Source: the human T2T-CHM13v2.0 reference genome, Homo sapiens
DNA: 64,000 nucleotides
Strand: one strand, 5' to 3'
Assembly (NCBI RefSeq): GCF_009914755.1
Contig: NC_060929.1
Numbering within the stretch: position 1 is the first letter of the stretch; every line of letters begins with the position of its first letter. Made by a program: the position numbers and the translations under genes. The notes beneath the pieces are model-generated. The model saw only the letters and a program-made list of their open reading frames with translations. It was not told the DNA's origin and did no database searches. Below, in pieces: positions 12,505-32,754 of this stretch.

Positions 12505-12859
12505 TGCTGTGATCTGAATGTTTGTGTCCCCCCAAAATTCATATGTTAAAATCCTAACCACCAAGGTGGTGGTATTAGCATGGTATTGGGAGGTGATTAA
12601 GTCATAAGAGTAGAGTCCTCATGAATGGGATGAGTGCCCTATAGAGGAATCCACAGAGAGCTGCCTTGTCCCTTCACCATATGAGGTCACCATGTGCAGG
12701 CACAGAGAAGGCATCACCTATAAGAAAATGAGGCCTCACCAGACACCAATCTACTGTTGCCTGATCTGGACTTTCAGCACTGTAAGAAATACATTTCTGT
12801 TGTTTATAAGCTGTCTAGTCCATGGCATTTTGTTATAGCTGCCCGAATAAACCTTGACA
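12505..12859 (+). mobile_element. MLT1A0-type solo LTR
   Basis: tgctgtgatctgaatgtttgtgtcccccc...ttttgttatagctgcccgaataaaccttgaca; near-TSD gccag/gtcag. Confidence 0.88.
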
Positions 12860-13325
12860 GTCAGTTTCCCTCCTCTGGACTGAACCACTGTGTGGAAGAG
12901 TTTGCAGGATAAAAGCATGATAATCTCATGATAATGATACAAAGCAGATTATACCTAAATTTTTATCAACCTGAAATTATAATTTCTCTTTCTCCATTCT
13001 TATATGTCTTATGCAGATTTCAAATCCTGTTTACAGCACTCATTCCTTTGGTTTCAAATTTTAAATTTATTTGTTTCTCAGTGGCTATAATACTTACTCA
13101 TAATTTTAATCCCCTCTTTCCCAATTCGGAATAACATCAATATAATTTCTTAACCTGGCATTCAAGGTATTTTCCAATACATTCCTGTATTCTTTATGTC
13201 ACACTTCCAACCAATCAATCAATCTTAAGATTGTTTGCTCACCCCCAAATATGTTTCTCATTTCTTTTATATTTTCACTTGCATGTCAGTGTTTGAATCC
13301 CTGTCTCACTATAGACTTACTTTAG

Positions 13326-13472
<147 letters not shown>

Positions 13473-16400
13473 TAATCTTTAAAAAATTTGTCAACCAGTA
13501 GTTCATTGAAAGATTAAACAATAGAATAAATAAATGATTGTACACAGTTCAAGCCTGCAAACCTTTTGGGAGCAACAGTGGGCTTATTACTTTCTGTAAC
13601 ATATGAGGACATAGAGCGTACCTGTAAACGTATACATTGTAAGTTCTCTATTTAGTTGAAATAAATTGAGCTATTTGTACACATTAACTCAGTTTAAATT
13701 AATAATTTTAGTAACGACTAAGAAAAAAGAGAAAAGACTAAGCTCTATGATTCCAGACATTTGATTAACTAGAATTCTGATTTTTCTATTCAACAAATTA
13801 TATAAATCACAGGAGTTACAATAGAAGACTTAAACTTATTATGCAGTGAAAATACTTAATGATATATGTTATTCTTAAATATTATAGAAGCTACAAGGTT
13901 TTTTTCAGTTTAAACTCATTGTATTTATACATATAATTAGTTCATTATTTTTATTAAAGCAGATGTAAACTTGAACTACGCAGTCAGAATAGGATTGTCA
14001 AATGTGGTAGGAAGTAAATCCATCAGGAAAAGTTATTGAAGGAAACCAGTAAGTGTTACTCTTTTTTAATGTTTTTATTACTTTGGATACAATGAGATAG
14101 TCCAGTGGTACTTTTAAAATTCAATATCCAAGTATCTCCATAGGGTTTGTTCAATGTACAACTGACTATTATATAACAGGACCTTATTTACTAAAGAAAG
14201 GTGGAGAATTAATTGTATTGATTTTTATCTGCAAAATATTGCATGGTAGATATTATCCTACCTTTGTGGATACAATTATAGATAACATTTCAAAGTTGTA
14301 GTAATTTGAAAGTCATAAGGAAGACAGGTGGACAAGTGGCTAGGTATATGGTCAGCATCCTTAGTCAAAATGTTTTGGATTAATGTTAAATCTAATTTAT
14401 TATTATCGAATAAGCAACCTAAAGTTTCTTTAGGTGTTATGTTTATAGGCAAAGGTGAGGGAAATTGGGATTTCACATCTAGCAGAGGAGTAGAGAGTTT
14501 TCACAAAGTAGAGTAGTATGTTCTAGAGACTAATACATGTAGTTTCAAAAGAAGCTTTGGCTAAGTTACATGTCAAACAAGTTTTTAATATAAAGCTGAA
14601 GATAATGGAATTCAGGCGGAGTCAAGCCTTATAGAGTAACATCTTTAGCTTCAACAATCCACTAACACACTGGTATATGATGTCTAAGGAGCTCTAAAAT
14701 CTCAGTGGCAGCAAAACCGTGCATATTATTGAGTGCCCTATCATACAAAGTCTTCCCAAGATTATACTGAGAGTGGATTGAATGAAGAAAATACAGAATA
14801 ATAATAATGATAGAAATAAATAAGGGCAGGTTTTGGGTACTTCAGATTGACAAACAATGGAAGCAAATAAGAAAGAAGTAAGTCTGGCTGCATTGAAGTC
14901 ATGCTTTGGGCAGTGATGCATGGGACAAGTGAGCCACAGGTGATGGCCCTGCCAAGCCAGCCAACTCAACTGGGCTAGCTAAGCAGGCAGAGCTGATTCA
15001 TATAACAAGCGGAAAAACAATACAAATTGGTGCTTTATTACAATGCCTCAGGCCCATTAATTATTATTTGGGGATGAGAGGAGTTGAGTAAAAAACTATA
15101 GTGTTTCAAAATGGTATGTCATCTGTCACTTTGAAATTAATTTATTAATGATTTAACGAGATGCTATTATAGTTTCTAAAATGCAGCTCTTCAAGTTTGC
15201 ATATTCGTGTCTCACCAATTTATACTAATTGAAAAAAATCATAGTTGCAGAATTTATCATGAAAATCAGGATTTGGGCAATGGCTTTTTAAGATATGCAA
15301 ATCAAATTATATTTTTCAATATTTATCCTATAGAATTTCACTTTGGTCATTTAGTAACATATGCCCCATGGAGGCAAGAACATTTTTCTTGTCCAGCTAT
15401 TTGACATGTGTAAATCACAAAAGGTGGTAAACTATTTTCACAAATAGCATTTTTTCTTACTATCAGCTTCAATGACTCATATAGTAGTAATTGAAGAAAA
15501 AAATAATCTGGCAAACATTTCACTTTTGAAAGTAAAGCAGTTAAATCTTTGAGGAAACAGAATAAATTTTATCTCACTGTCATATCAAATTTAATTTTTG
15601 ATGCCACTATTTACTTTCCACTTTATAAATTAATAACATTTTAGAAATCAAAATTATTACAATATTTAATATTTAAAGCTCTATTAAGTGTTTGGAATCA
15701 TTTGCTTAGACTTGTTTTTTTTTTTTTAATTTGGAAACCCAGCAGACTTTTTCCATCTCTTCATTATCCAGCTCTCCTTTAAGTTCTCAGAAAGCTAAAT
15801 TATTTTATACTTGGTATCTGCTAGCAATAAAATCGAATCCATTCTTGTCTACTAGTGTTTTGTTCCTCAATAATTTGTGTTACTGGTTGCTTATCCTCTT
15901 TTCTTTTCATATCCCTGACCTTTTTTTTCTTCTGATCTGTTGCCTAGTGTTAGGAGACACAGTGATAATAAAAATTGCGAAATAAATAAATAAACAAAAT
16001 ACAATAACAAAAACCCCTACAATGTAGAAGTTGTCTTCTGACGGCAAAATAATTACAAAGAAAAGAAAAAGTTGAAATCTGACAGGATTAGCCTGCTGAC
16101 TTGCTGAGTTTATGAGCCCTGTAAAGAATACCAATGAGAGAAAAAATAGGAGAGAGAGACAACGTTATAAATTTTACCCGCAGACTTCTTCACAGTGCTT
16201 TGGGAAATAAAATCAAGTTCTGGATACCATTAATGGTTATTGTCATGAAAGAGAACCAGTTTGCCATCTGCTTCTCTGTTCGAGATTAATAGAAACACTG
16301 GAGGTGGAGCTCTCTTTGAAATAGTTAAGTGATCTGCAGAACAATGCGAAACCCTCTGACATATGGACATTATACTGGAACTGGCAAAAATATTTATTTA

Positions 16401-18499
16401 GAAACTGTTGAGTTAGTCTATCTAGCATAAGAACTAGTAACACAATCTACTGATGATTCAGAATCAAAATACTAAGACTAGATCAAGGTGTGCTGTGATT
16501 ATAATAATGCAACATAAAGCAGAAGCTCAAAGTCACTTCTACAAAGCACGGAATTCATGTTATGTAGAGGCACTGCCAAAGATGAATACCAAACAGATCC
16601 TCACTTATGCTAGTTAGAGGGCTGGGATGTGTGACATGATTCTGGATTACCATGACACAATTTGTGAAAACAAACAAACAACAACAAAAAGCACTGTTAC
16701 AGTCATCAGTCTTATATCATCATTTTCTCTCCAACAGTGTTTATGTATTTACTAAAGCAATATGATGCCCATTCTAGAAAAACAAAACCACATAATTGAT
16801 TTTAAAATTTTGTGAAAATCTGATAAAATATGGAAGTTTTTAGGAATAAATTAACCTATTCATGGACACAAATATTTTCTACATAATTACAGAGAATGAC
16901 TGAACCCACTAATATCTGCTCAAAGACCCTAAATTAACTACTGCTAAGACTCACCTGCATGTTCCAACGTTTTCCCACATTTAACAATTCTAATTTATGG
17001 GAAGAAATATTAATACACGATCTTATAAAAATATATTGTAAATAGTTGCTAAATGGACCACATTAAGAAATAGGCTAAAATATGAAATATCCAAATAGTG
17101 GAATTTATTCCATCTCTAAAATTGACATTTTTAATTAAATAGTTTATTATTTTAAATATATAGATCACACAAACATACTCACACAAACATATAATCACAA
17201 ACTCAAGTTTCAAACTGTGGATACTATGGGTCCTATTATAGTAAAAAAATACAGACCTATATGCAAAAAGAAAGTCTCAGAAAAGTATACTCGAAAAGTT
17301 TGGTCATTATTTCTGTATTTGGTCTTTTTTCTTCATCTCAATTTTTGATTTTTTTTACACTAAATGTGTACCAAAGATACACTAAGATCAACCTCTCTTA
17401 GTGATGTGCGTTTAAACTACAGATATTTCTGAGAATTGCAATGCATCAAGTGTCTGCAACCCTGGTACATGGATTGCATATGGGTTGCCTTAAAGGAGAC
17501 AGAATTAACAGGAATAAACACAAATATGAATGGCAGAAAATGTGCAGATGCTGAAACATTTATCTCATGACCAACCACCTATACAAAGGAGAGACCAGTA
17601 ATGAAGTCCCTTAGGAAGTGACAAAATTCCCATCCAAGTCTCAGAAAGCACTTTCCTCTGAAGTGAATCTTATCTGAGAGTGGCCTATGTTCTTGAGTTC
17701 AGAGTTCAGAGAAGTTGCTATCAAATTATCGAAGGCAAAAAGGAATCACATTGGGGAAGCTTCTGGAAAGTAGGTGGGGAATAATGGAAATGAATTTGAC
17801 AAAATAAGACAGGAAATAATTTTTCAGTATATAAGCACCAGAGACCTAGGCAGCCAGGAATTCTTAAAGGACTAAAGGAAACTTTCCTGCAATGCAGTAA
17901 ACTGTCCCCTGACAAAACCACCCCCAACCCGCAACCATCAACCATCGCCATCACCACCAGTGGTGGGGAAATAAAGTTTATTGTCAGTAGGTTCAGGGAG
18001 CTGCCATTTACTACATCTACATGTTTGAACACCCAAATAGAAGATACAGATTATTTAAGAAGACACACATAAATTAGAAACTCCTAATAGCAGGGCAGAC
18101 TGTCTATTTTTGGTCCTGACACTAAGCAAAGCTGCTTGAGACGCCTGGATGCCAACATTTAAGTTGAGTACAGATATCTAGGTCATACTGGAGGATCTGC
18201 TGGGGAGAAGGGAATAAAGAGTCAAGTAATATTTTTCCATGTTCCATAGCTCTAACTAGCACTAGCTCCAAAGGCAGTGCTCTCAAATGAATTTCATTGG
18301 GGAAAAATATTTTTAAGAGGTAAAAAGAAAGAGGTGACCACGGTTGCTTATTAAAGGTATTTCAAACTCTTTTATATCCCCATTATACTTGAAAATCCCA
18401 AGTAAAACAAACAAGGAAAGGTCATATATATACTGGTTTATAATTTTCAAACAGTTGTCACTTGCATTTTTCCTTTCATCTTTATGCAGGTTTAATCAC

Positions 18500-18605
18500 A
18501 TCACCATTTCATAATGAGAGAAGCTGAAGCACTAGAAATTTAACCGAATTGACTAGGGCCATCTGAGTTCTAACAGAGCTGGGACTCACACCTTAGCCTT
18601 CTCAG
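18500..18605 (-). mobile_element. MIR fragment
   Basis: ccatttcataatgagagaagctgaagcactagaaatttaa...cagagctgggactcacac. Confidence 0.55.
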
Positions 18606-21600
18606 GATAATTGCCTATATTAAACCCACAAAGCATGCTGTTTATCATGGCCATAAACCCATAAAGAGATGATTTATAGTGGGGCATTCATTTTGAATAT
18701 GATTAATTTCATTTTTATAAATGATTTTGGATGACTTTCTCATCTGGGTATCATAATGACTGTCATTACTAAACAAATTTGCTCTTCGAAGTAGAAATAA
18801 CGTGGGTGATATCTTCCTTTTCATGACTAATTTACTGCCAAGAGGGGATTCTGTCATTATATAGTAATAATGTTCCTAAATCAATGTGCTCTAGCAACAC
18901 TGGAAATCAGAATGTAGCTTACTTTTCATGAACCAAAATTGTCAACTAGGAACAGTCCTGATGTTCTGAAGTTCCAATAAAAGTAATTAAAGAACAATAA
19001 CATTGGCTAAGTTGTTGAGTCCTTTTTAAATAAGACTTCAAGTAGTAAGTACTGCTGAACACCCAGACTATTTTTGAAGGAGAGAGATATATATATTTCC
19101 TTAAAAAAAAAAATATATATATATATATAAAACTATCTTACATGTCTTTTAAAATGAAAACATAGCAATATCTTTTAAAAAGAACCTGGCTTTCCTATGT
19201 AAAAGCACAGTGGGAGAACTTAAAAAGCTGTGCTAAGGAAGAGTGACCTGCTCTCGGATCTCATTCAGATCATCACTCAGTATCCAAACTTGCATAATCT
19301 TGACATTCTTGGCACCTCATGGGGCTCCCGGGGTGATGTCCATGGGTGAGAATGTGAACTAAACAACAAACAAATTCCTGTACAAATACATACATACATA
19401 CTGAAACACACACATGCACAAATGTGTAGTTTAAAAGGAGTCAAGTTATTTATGACTAAACAATAGGGGTTGGGAAACATATAAAGGCACAGAAATAATC
19501 TTTGGAGTGGGTTATCCCACCATTTAAAAGAATGGTCCATTTGCATATGCCATCACTGGCCTTCTGAGAATGATGTGTTAAGTAAGCAAATCATCCATTA
19601 TTCTTTTAATATTAAGGTAATGAAATATAAAATAGAAGCAGTTAGAGCAGTCAGACGAACTTTGTCAGCATGATCAAAATGCAGAAACATTCCTGCCATA
19701 AGACTAAACAAGAGCCTTTTTCAAAAATGCATTCATTTTAAGCTCTGTAACATCAAAATCTGTTTGTGGTGTTTATTTTAATTTGAGGGGAGAATAGCAA
19801 TATTTTCCAAATATGAAAGCCCCAAATAACAACCTATGAAACCATACAGTTTTAAAAACTTTATTTATATGACATTATAAATTAGGATAAGATAATTCAT
19901 ATCACATTTAGATAACAATGGTTTTATTATGCAGCTTATCTGAATTCAAAGCCAACCATGTTGTCATTTGAAAATGTGTTAATCATTCCATTTACAATGA
20001 GTATGTAGCATAAATAAAAGCTGCATTCACACAGTCCTTGGGATTTAAATACAATATGCTTAATCCTCCTATCTCATGTTCTGGAGTACTTCAGGTGGGC
20101 CTCCACAATTTGTTTATTAATTCCCAAAGTGATTAATTTTTATGGTACCTCAAGGTTTTGAATTATCGCAATAAATATATCTGATGTATACATATGGAAG
20201 ACTGAGTCTTAAATAATTTGCATATGTCAGTATATTGGTTCAGGTCATATTGCTAATTAGTGCTGAACCATGATTAACTCCAAGTATATCTTCAATCCTT
20301 TGATACCAGTATCTTCAATACCAATTTCAATCCTATTTTGATTAAGAGATGTAGGCTCGGATCTCAAGGACCAAATGATTCTCTTGGTAAGATGAACTGT
20401 GTTCACATGTAACTAAAAACAAGATTGCGTATGTGTCAACTGATGGTCTGAGAAAAAAGTTTGCTATGGAGAAAAATACTAGTAGCAACCAAAATAATTT
20501 TTAAAAGTACAGCTTCAGTGGAGTTATCTTGCAGTTAATTTTTGAATAATTAGAAGACTGGTTGAATGGACATTTTCTAAATATTTATTTATGTGTCTCT
20601 AGCTACACATATTAATTAGGTGTAGCAATTTATCTATCTATCTAGCTAGATAGAGAGATATAGAGACAGCCAGATAGAGATATTATTTGTATTTTTCTGC
20701 CACTAAAAAGGAGAGAAATTGATAGTACAAATACTTGTTTCTGACAAGGCAAAAGTGAACATGGTGGAAACAGAAAAGATCAGCAGAATTACAGAACTGT
20801 CCAGGTTGGAGATTCCCATGAGAGATGTGTGTATTATTTATTCTTGCAGCTACTGTCAATTATTTCTGATTTCTAGTGTTTACTTATATGTCTGTTTCTA
20901 TCCAGGTAGACAGTTGATGACTATTTTCAAATTGACATATTGAAAGAGATTGCTTAGATTTTGAGGTAGTCTGCTCACAGAAAATCCTTATCAGATGTTA
21001 ACTCGGTACCCCAAATGGAAGATAAAAATTAATCCATAAAAAAAACCATCATGATTTGTAAAAATGAAAATAATTCCAATTAACATAAAAACGTTATCTA
21101 CCTAATGAAGGAATGGAGAAAATGATTGTCAACGTATTAACATATTAGTCTGTTTTTGTATTTTACAATAAAAAAGTGGGCACTTTTGTATTAATTTAAG
21201 TAAAACGCATTGGATTGATATAAGAAAGTTCTCTATTCCCAAGGGGGATATATAAGTCAGTGAGTAGTTAATATGCTTAAGTTTATTATTAACAGTACAA
21301 ATTGATCAGATTTTTCCCAAAAAAATGATCAATTTTTCCCTCAGGTGGAGAATATACATAAAGGTGCACATTACTTGCATTTCAATATGAGACACAGAAA
21401 AGATAAAATAGACAGAATGGCTAGAAGATAAAGTTATAAAAGCAGACTTTGTCCTGATAAAAGTTCTTATTTAAAAATGCATGATTCCTTGTCAAAAATT
21501 TTTAACCTTATAAAAATTCATGAGCATTTCTGTTTGGTATTTAATGTATATCTCATTAAAAATGAGTTTTGAATATATGATTAATATTGTTAACTCCAGC

Positions 21601-21713
21601 ACATCCTCTCCTGCTAAAGTGCATTGAAAGTCCTAAACAACATTAAATAGTTTTCTCTGGTGATACATCTACTGCTTTCATCGATGACATTTCCTTAAAG
21701 AATACTAATGGCA

Positions 21714-22013
21714 GGTCGGCCGTGGTGGCTCAGGCCTGTAATCCTAACACTTTGGGAGGCCAAGGCAGGTGGATCCCTTGAGGTCAGGAGTTCGAGACTA
21801 GCCTAGCCAACATGACAAAACCCCATCTCTACTAAAAATACAAAAATTAGTTGGGTGTGGTGGCAGAAACCTATAATCCCAGATATTCAGGAGGTTGAGG
21901 CAGGAGAATAACTTGAACCCGGAGGCGGAGGTTGCAGTGAGTGAAGATCATCCCACTGCACTCCACTCCAGCCTGGAAGATAGAGCGAGACTCTGTCTCC
22001 CAGAAAAAAAAAA
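21714..22013 (+). mobile_element. AluSx/Sz-type Alu
   Basis: Full dimer with poly(A); imperfect TSD aaagaa(t)actaatggc / aaagaaatgctaatagc. Confidence 0.93.
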
Positions 22014-22543
22014 GAAATGCTAATAGCCAAAAAAGCAGCCCCCACTTTAAATGAATTTGACAATGGCTGATGTTTTCAGTTCTGTTCTGTGTTTAACACT
22101 TCACTGACAATCTGGAGTGACAGGCATCTGGATAATTTAGCCACACAATATATATAATTGGGCCTAAAATTTAGTAAAAATGAACACTGTCATATATTCC
22201 TTTCCAAATGTGGCCCAGGGCCTATTGGTAGAACGTTATTGAATTCATCAGAAATTGTAAAAAGCAGAAAGCATTACAGAGAAAGTTCATGTAGAGCTTA
22301 ACTAAATATGTGATTTGTCTCACCCATGGTGACCATAAGAGTGATGACACAAGATTCTCATATGCTGCTTTGTCAAGCCAAAAAACACACTGATGGTAGT
22401 TCACATTGATTGATTCACTAAATTCTGTTATAATTGTTCACAAAATTCCTAACTACAAAGTAGCTGTTTAATTCATATCAGAAAACTATTATTCACAACA
22501 AAATTTTGATGTATTATATTTTTACCTAGAAGATATTTTAAAA

Positions 22544-26673
<4,130 letters not shown>

Positions 26674-28982
26674 CAAATTTATTATACTACAGAAATAAAT
26701 GGAGCTCTGTGTATATTAGACATATATTTTCAAATAAAAAATTTGGAGATTGTAAAAAGAAAAATTGGTAACTAAAGTAAAATAATTAAGATGTAACACA
26801 ACTGAATCTATAAATAAATAATGATAATGTCATTACAAACTTCTTAAATTTATCATTATGCAAAACAAATGAAGAAATGCATGTGGTCTTTCTCAGCATA
26901 TGTCTTTCCAGGTTTATATAACATTTATTAAACATTTTGATCTTTTAATGGCAGTTAATCCATTGGGAAACAGAATACTTAGGGAATGCAAACAACCATT
27001 AAATTATATGCCAACCAGGCTTGTTACATTGGCAGAGTATGATGAATATGCCTATGATGCCTATTAAACGGCATGAAGAAGATATTTCTGCTCCTCCAAA
27101 CAACCTTTTACACAGCTAATCTCTACTGATTGAAACTGTCTTCAAATATGTAAAATATTGATATTTAATAAGTTTTTCTTTCTTTTCTCCAATGATATAT
27201 GTCCTTGGAAAGCTGACAGATAACAGTGGTAGAGACCCTTGATTACATTTATATACAAGTTTGTTGTTTAAATATTCCTAAAGTGAAACAAGAATCTCAT
27301 AGATCCAAGGCACTAAAAAAATGCATCTTTGGGAAGTGAAGACATGATGTTGTGTCAGACAAAATGCATTGAGTAGAAATGGGAGGCAATGCCTGCATCA
27401 TCTTCAGTTAAAGCACATAAAACCTGATCATCTGTTCTTAGATAACCAGACAGTAAACTAGACCAAAGGAACAGATTTCTTAGTAACGTGATATTCTGCC
27501 AACAATCACATTGGTTTTATTTGATAGTTTTCATAAACATGGGCTTTTATCCTGTGGCCTTATAAAGGCTTTGCCTTCATGCCCCTCCCCTCATTCTCCT
27601 CCCTCACTAGGCTGCCATGGGGTCTGTAGTCTGCAGTAACGCAGGTGTTGAAAGTGGCACCAAGAGACACATCTGTGGTTTCCAATTTAATACAGTCTAG
27701 TTTTAAAAGATAAGATTGTATGGCTTTGTGCAAAATAAAAAAGGTATTGCATGACACTGGAAAAATAAAATCATATCGTTTTGTCTTGTTTTAAGGATAT
27801 TATCAATTATAGGCAAGTGAGGTTGGGAGGAAAATAAAGAGGGGAAGAAGGGAAGTCCATGTGCCCTTAATAGGAGCGATGGGAAGAAAAGACAATGCTT
27901 TCATGAACGATGTAAACAAACAGATTCAAATGTTAACTAAAAAGATGCCTAGGTGAATCATATATAATATAAGGAGATCTGATATAGAATTTAATTGTGT
28001 GTATCTCCTGGAAATTAACTTACTTAGTTTATGACAGATTTGAAATGAACCTTCAGCAGTTGGTGTTCACAGGGGAGCTTTTCTATGTGGTAATCTGTGG
28101 CCGGCAACAGGGAGTCTTACATTGGTAGAAGGTGGTTACAGGTGAGAAAAATAAGTGAAGGAGAATGGGGTGGATCAAAGTATGGAACATTTATAACAAT
28201 GGTGTGGAAAAAAATTTGACTCAGGCATCTTGCTACCTAGAAGACTGCTAGTCACTACCTAATAATTGAATGAATAAATGAATGCTTTCAGAAAGTGATA
28301 TAAATGAAAAATGCACCAATGTTACCTTAGCATCAGGCTGTTTCTATGTAAATAATTTATGAATTTTATCTGTGATCAGATGGCTCCTTTCTGAATGAGA
28401 CAGAATTTGAACATGTTTATCTGGGGCTAAAGGCATGCTGAAAGTAGAAGAAATCAGGCCAATAACAAAATTCAAGCCTTTCAAAATTGTGTTGACACTG
28501 ACATAAATGTAAAGACTCATCAAAGAAAGACAGCAACAATAGAAGAAGCTGATTTTCTCCCTAAATACACACATAATAAGCAACATTTTAAAGTAACATG
28601 TAGGCTAACAGTGGAACAGATTCCCTTTCTTCACTCTAAGCTCACTCGACTGCATGACATAAGTATTTCCTTTTATATCACACTGAGAATTTCACTTTTT
28701 ATTCAGATTTGGTGCATTTCTCTCTCTGCTAATAGACATGGGCAGTGACTAAATTTCTAAGGGTATGGGTGTACACAATTTTGATGATGTGAATCTTGCT
28801 TTTGCTTATTAATGGCTGATAACTTGACATATTAGTACAGCTCAAGTATAAGCAGCTTTTCAAATACCTACAGAAAATGGGTGTAGTTAATAAATGCTAC
28901 TGTTCTAGTAAAATCATCTCATCTCTAGTTTTTCAATAACGCACTTGGTTTGTAATATTTAGAAAACAATTTTGACAGAGAT

Positions 28983-29085
28983 ATTCACTCAACAGTATTA
29001 TTAAATGACTTCTAGATGCCCAGCTCCTGGCATACACAAGATAAATAAGCTATCTATGTCATTTGAAAAGAGCTTGTAGTCCTTA
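28983..29085 (-). mobile_element. L2 3'-end fragment
   Basis: attcactcaacagtattattaaatgacttctagatgccc...acaagataaataag. Confidence 0.5.
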
Positions 29086-29543
29086 AGAAGATAAATTATA
29101 TAGATAAATAAGCACATGATAAATAGGTACTAACACATTTCATAATGTGAGCAAAATGGAATGAAATTCTATGGATGCTTGGAGAAAGTTAACTAGCTAG
29201 ATTAATTAAATCTCCTTGGAGAAAAGTTTTCTTCTTATAGAAATGAAGCATCACTTTGCTTCCAGAATTAACTGATCTGCAAAAACTCAACAACTCTTTG
29301 TAGCTATTGTTTTGAACGACTTCCCTCACCACAAAAAATTCTTCAACATCAGTATCATGCCAGTTAATTTTAATTTGTTGCAGCTAAATGAAAAACAAAC
29401 AAAAAATATTCTAAACTATTGTATTAATTAGAAAAAAGAACAGAGGCAGAGGAGCATTAACAGTTTATTTTTCATTCAAGAAATATCCAGTGAATATTTT
29501 TCAATTGAGTGACATGGAAAAATTATACTCAGTCTATTTATCT

Positions 29544-29842
<299 letters not shown>

Positions 29843-29888
29843 CTCAGTCTATTTATCTAGAAAATATTTATTCTTTCTTTTTTTTTTA

Positions 29889-30040
29889 AGTCATGTGAGC
29901 TAGTTCCCCAAATAAATCCCCTTTAATATACCTATATATTGCTTTATATATAGATAATATGTATAGAGATAGATAAATATATAAACAGACTGATAGGCAG
30001 AAATCCTATTGGTTTCTCTGAAGAACTCTCTTATATAACA
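29889..30040 (+). mobile_element. MLT2B/D-like LTR 3' fragment
   Basis: catgtgagctagttccccaaataaatc...atcctattggtttctctgaagaactct. Confidence 0.55.
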
Positions 30041-30439
30041 TCTTTGTCCTTATCTTGATTACGTACTGCCAACTGTGAAAGGTCCTTCTGGAGATAAAGT
30101 TTAGAAAAATTTATTCTCCTGGAATTTCACCCATAATGAATTTGTTTTGATTACATTAACCTCTCGTTTTGAGACTTCAGAAAATGAATCAGTTCTGACT
30201 TTTGTTCATACTTTTTCATAAGTTGACAGATGCATAGTAGTTTTTGTTACTTTATTGTGGAATGGATGGATGGGAGGATGGATAAATAGTGGAATAAATA
30301 AAATTCAACTGAATGTTAATATTGTTGCCATATTACTAGCTTCACAGTTTAGATAGAGTATATTCATTTAATAGCAAACTACTGTTGGAGATTATTTGAG
30401 TATAACTGAATGGAGTACTAATCAGCCCTGTACTGAGTA

Positions 30440-30570
30440 TAATCTTGGTTCTAATTTTATCTCTGCCATTTACTGGATGTGTCGCTTTGTGAAAAGTGCT
30501 TGACTTTCCTAACCTTCAATTTTGTCTTTAATAAACTGGGAAGAACAAAGTCCATTATATAAGATTGTGG
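30440..30570 (+). mobile_element. MIR fragment
   Basis: ggttctaattttatctctgccatttactggatgtgtcgctttgtgaaaagtgcttgact. Confidence 0.55.
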
Positions 30571-31537
30571 TTTTTAAAAAATTATTTTCTTTTATTCATG
30601 TTTCACTTTGTTCAGAAAGTATTTGTGCAAAAAATATGTTAAATAACTACTTCTAGAAAATAATCGAAGGGGAATGATTAAGTTCTTTTGGTTACTTGTA
30701 TTTTTGTGTTTTTTTTAATTCTCTTTTTAATCTTTAGACAGTTGAAATCTTATTTTATCCTCTGAAAGGCATCTCCTTCTCCTTTCTGCACCACTTTGCT
30801 CCAGATACCTAGTGATCTAATGGAACTCATTCTGTCTATGTCCTTCCTTACAGCAATTTGGGATGGACATGAGGAAATTGGAGAGTTAAAGTGTTGGTGG
30901 GAAATGGAAACCAGCAACAAAGGTCAAGAAGAGAAGCTGGGTCTTAGTGATGTCTGCATGAGATTTTTACAAATTTGCTGTCTAGAATGTTATATAATCC
31001 CATATAATCCCCCATTTGTGTTTCCACAAACATTTTATAAAATATATGTTGTTAGTTGGTTATAGTTTCAGAATTGGATTTGTGTTATTTGGAATAAAAT
31101 TTACCCTAAGTGCTGAGTCTGATGTCATGACAGATACCTTGTGACAGCAGAGAACACCCAATGACCCTTGGTCATATTTTAGGTTTCAAGTATTTCTGTA
31201 CTTAATGTACATAAGAAGTTTCCTTATGCTTTCACTTCTTGGCTTATGGTGCATATTTATGCTTTATATTTTTATGTACATATCAGGTAAATATAGAAGC
31301 CCATTCCTCTCTAATAGTAGAGATAACACCTTTGTCTATTTTATTACATATTTGAACCCTAATAAATGCTTGCAAGATTCATATTATGACCAAAAAATTC
31401 ATTAAATTTTGTCATCTCCATCTGCATTTGTGCCTACCATTGCATTCGTATAACAAACCATATCCATAAAAATAAATATTCCTATAAATGTGACAAATTA
31501 ACACATTTTTTTCCTGAAAATAAATAAACTATATACA

Positions 31538-32415
<878 letters not shown>

Positions 32416-32442
32416 TTTATTCCTTTTTAAAAACATCTTTCG

Positions 32443-32754
<312 letters not shown>

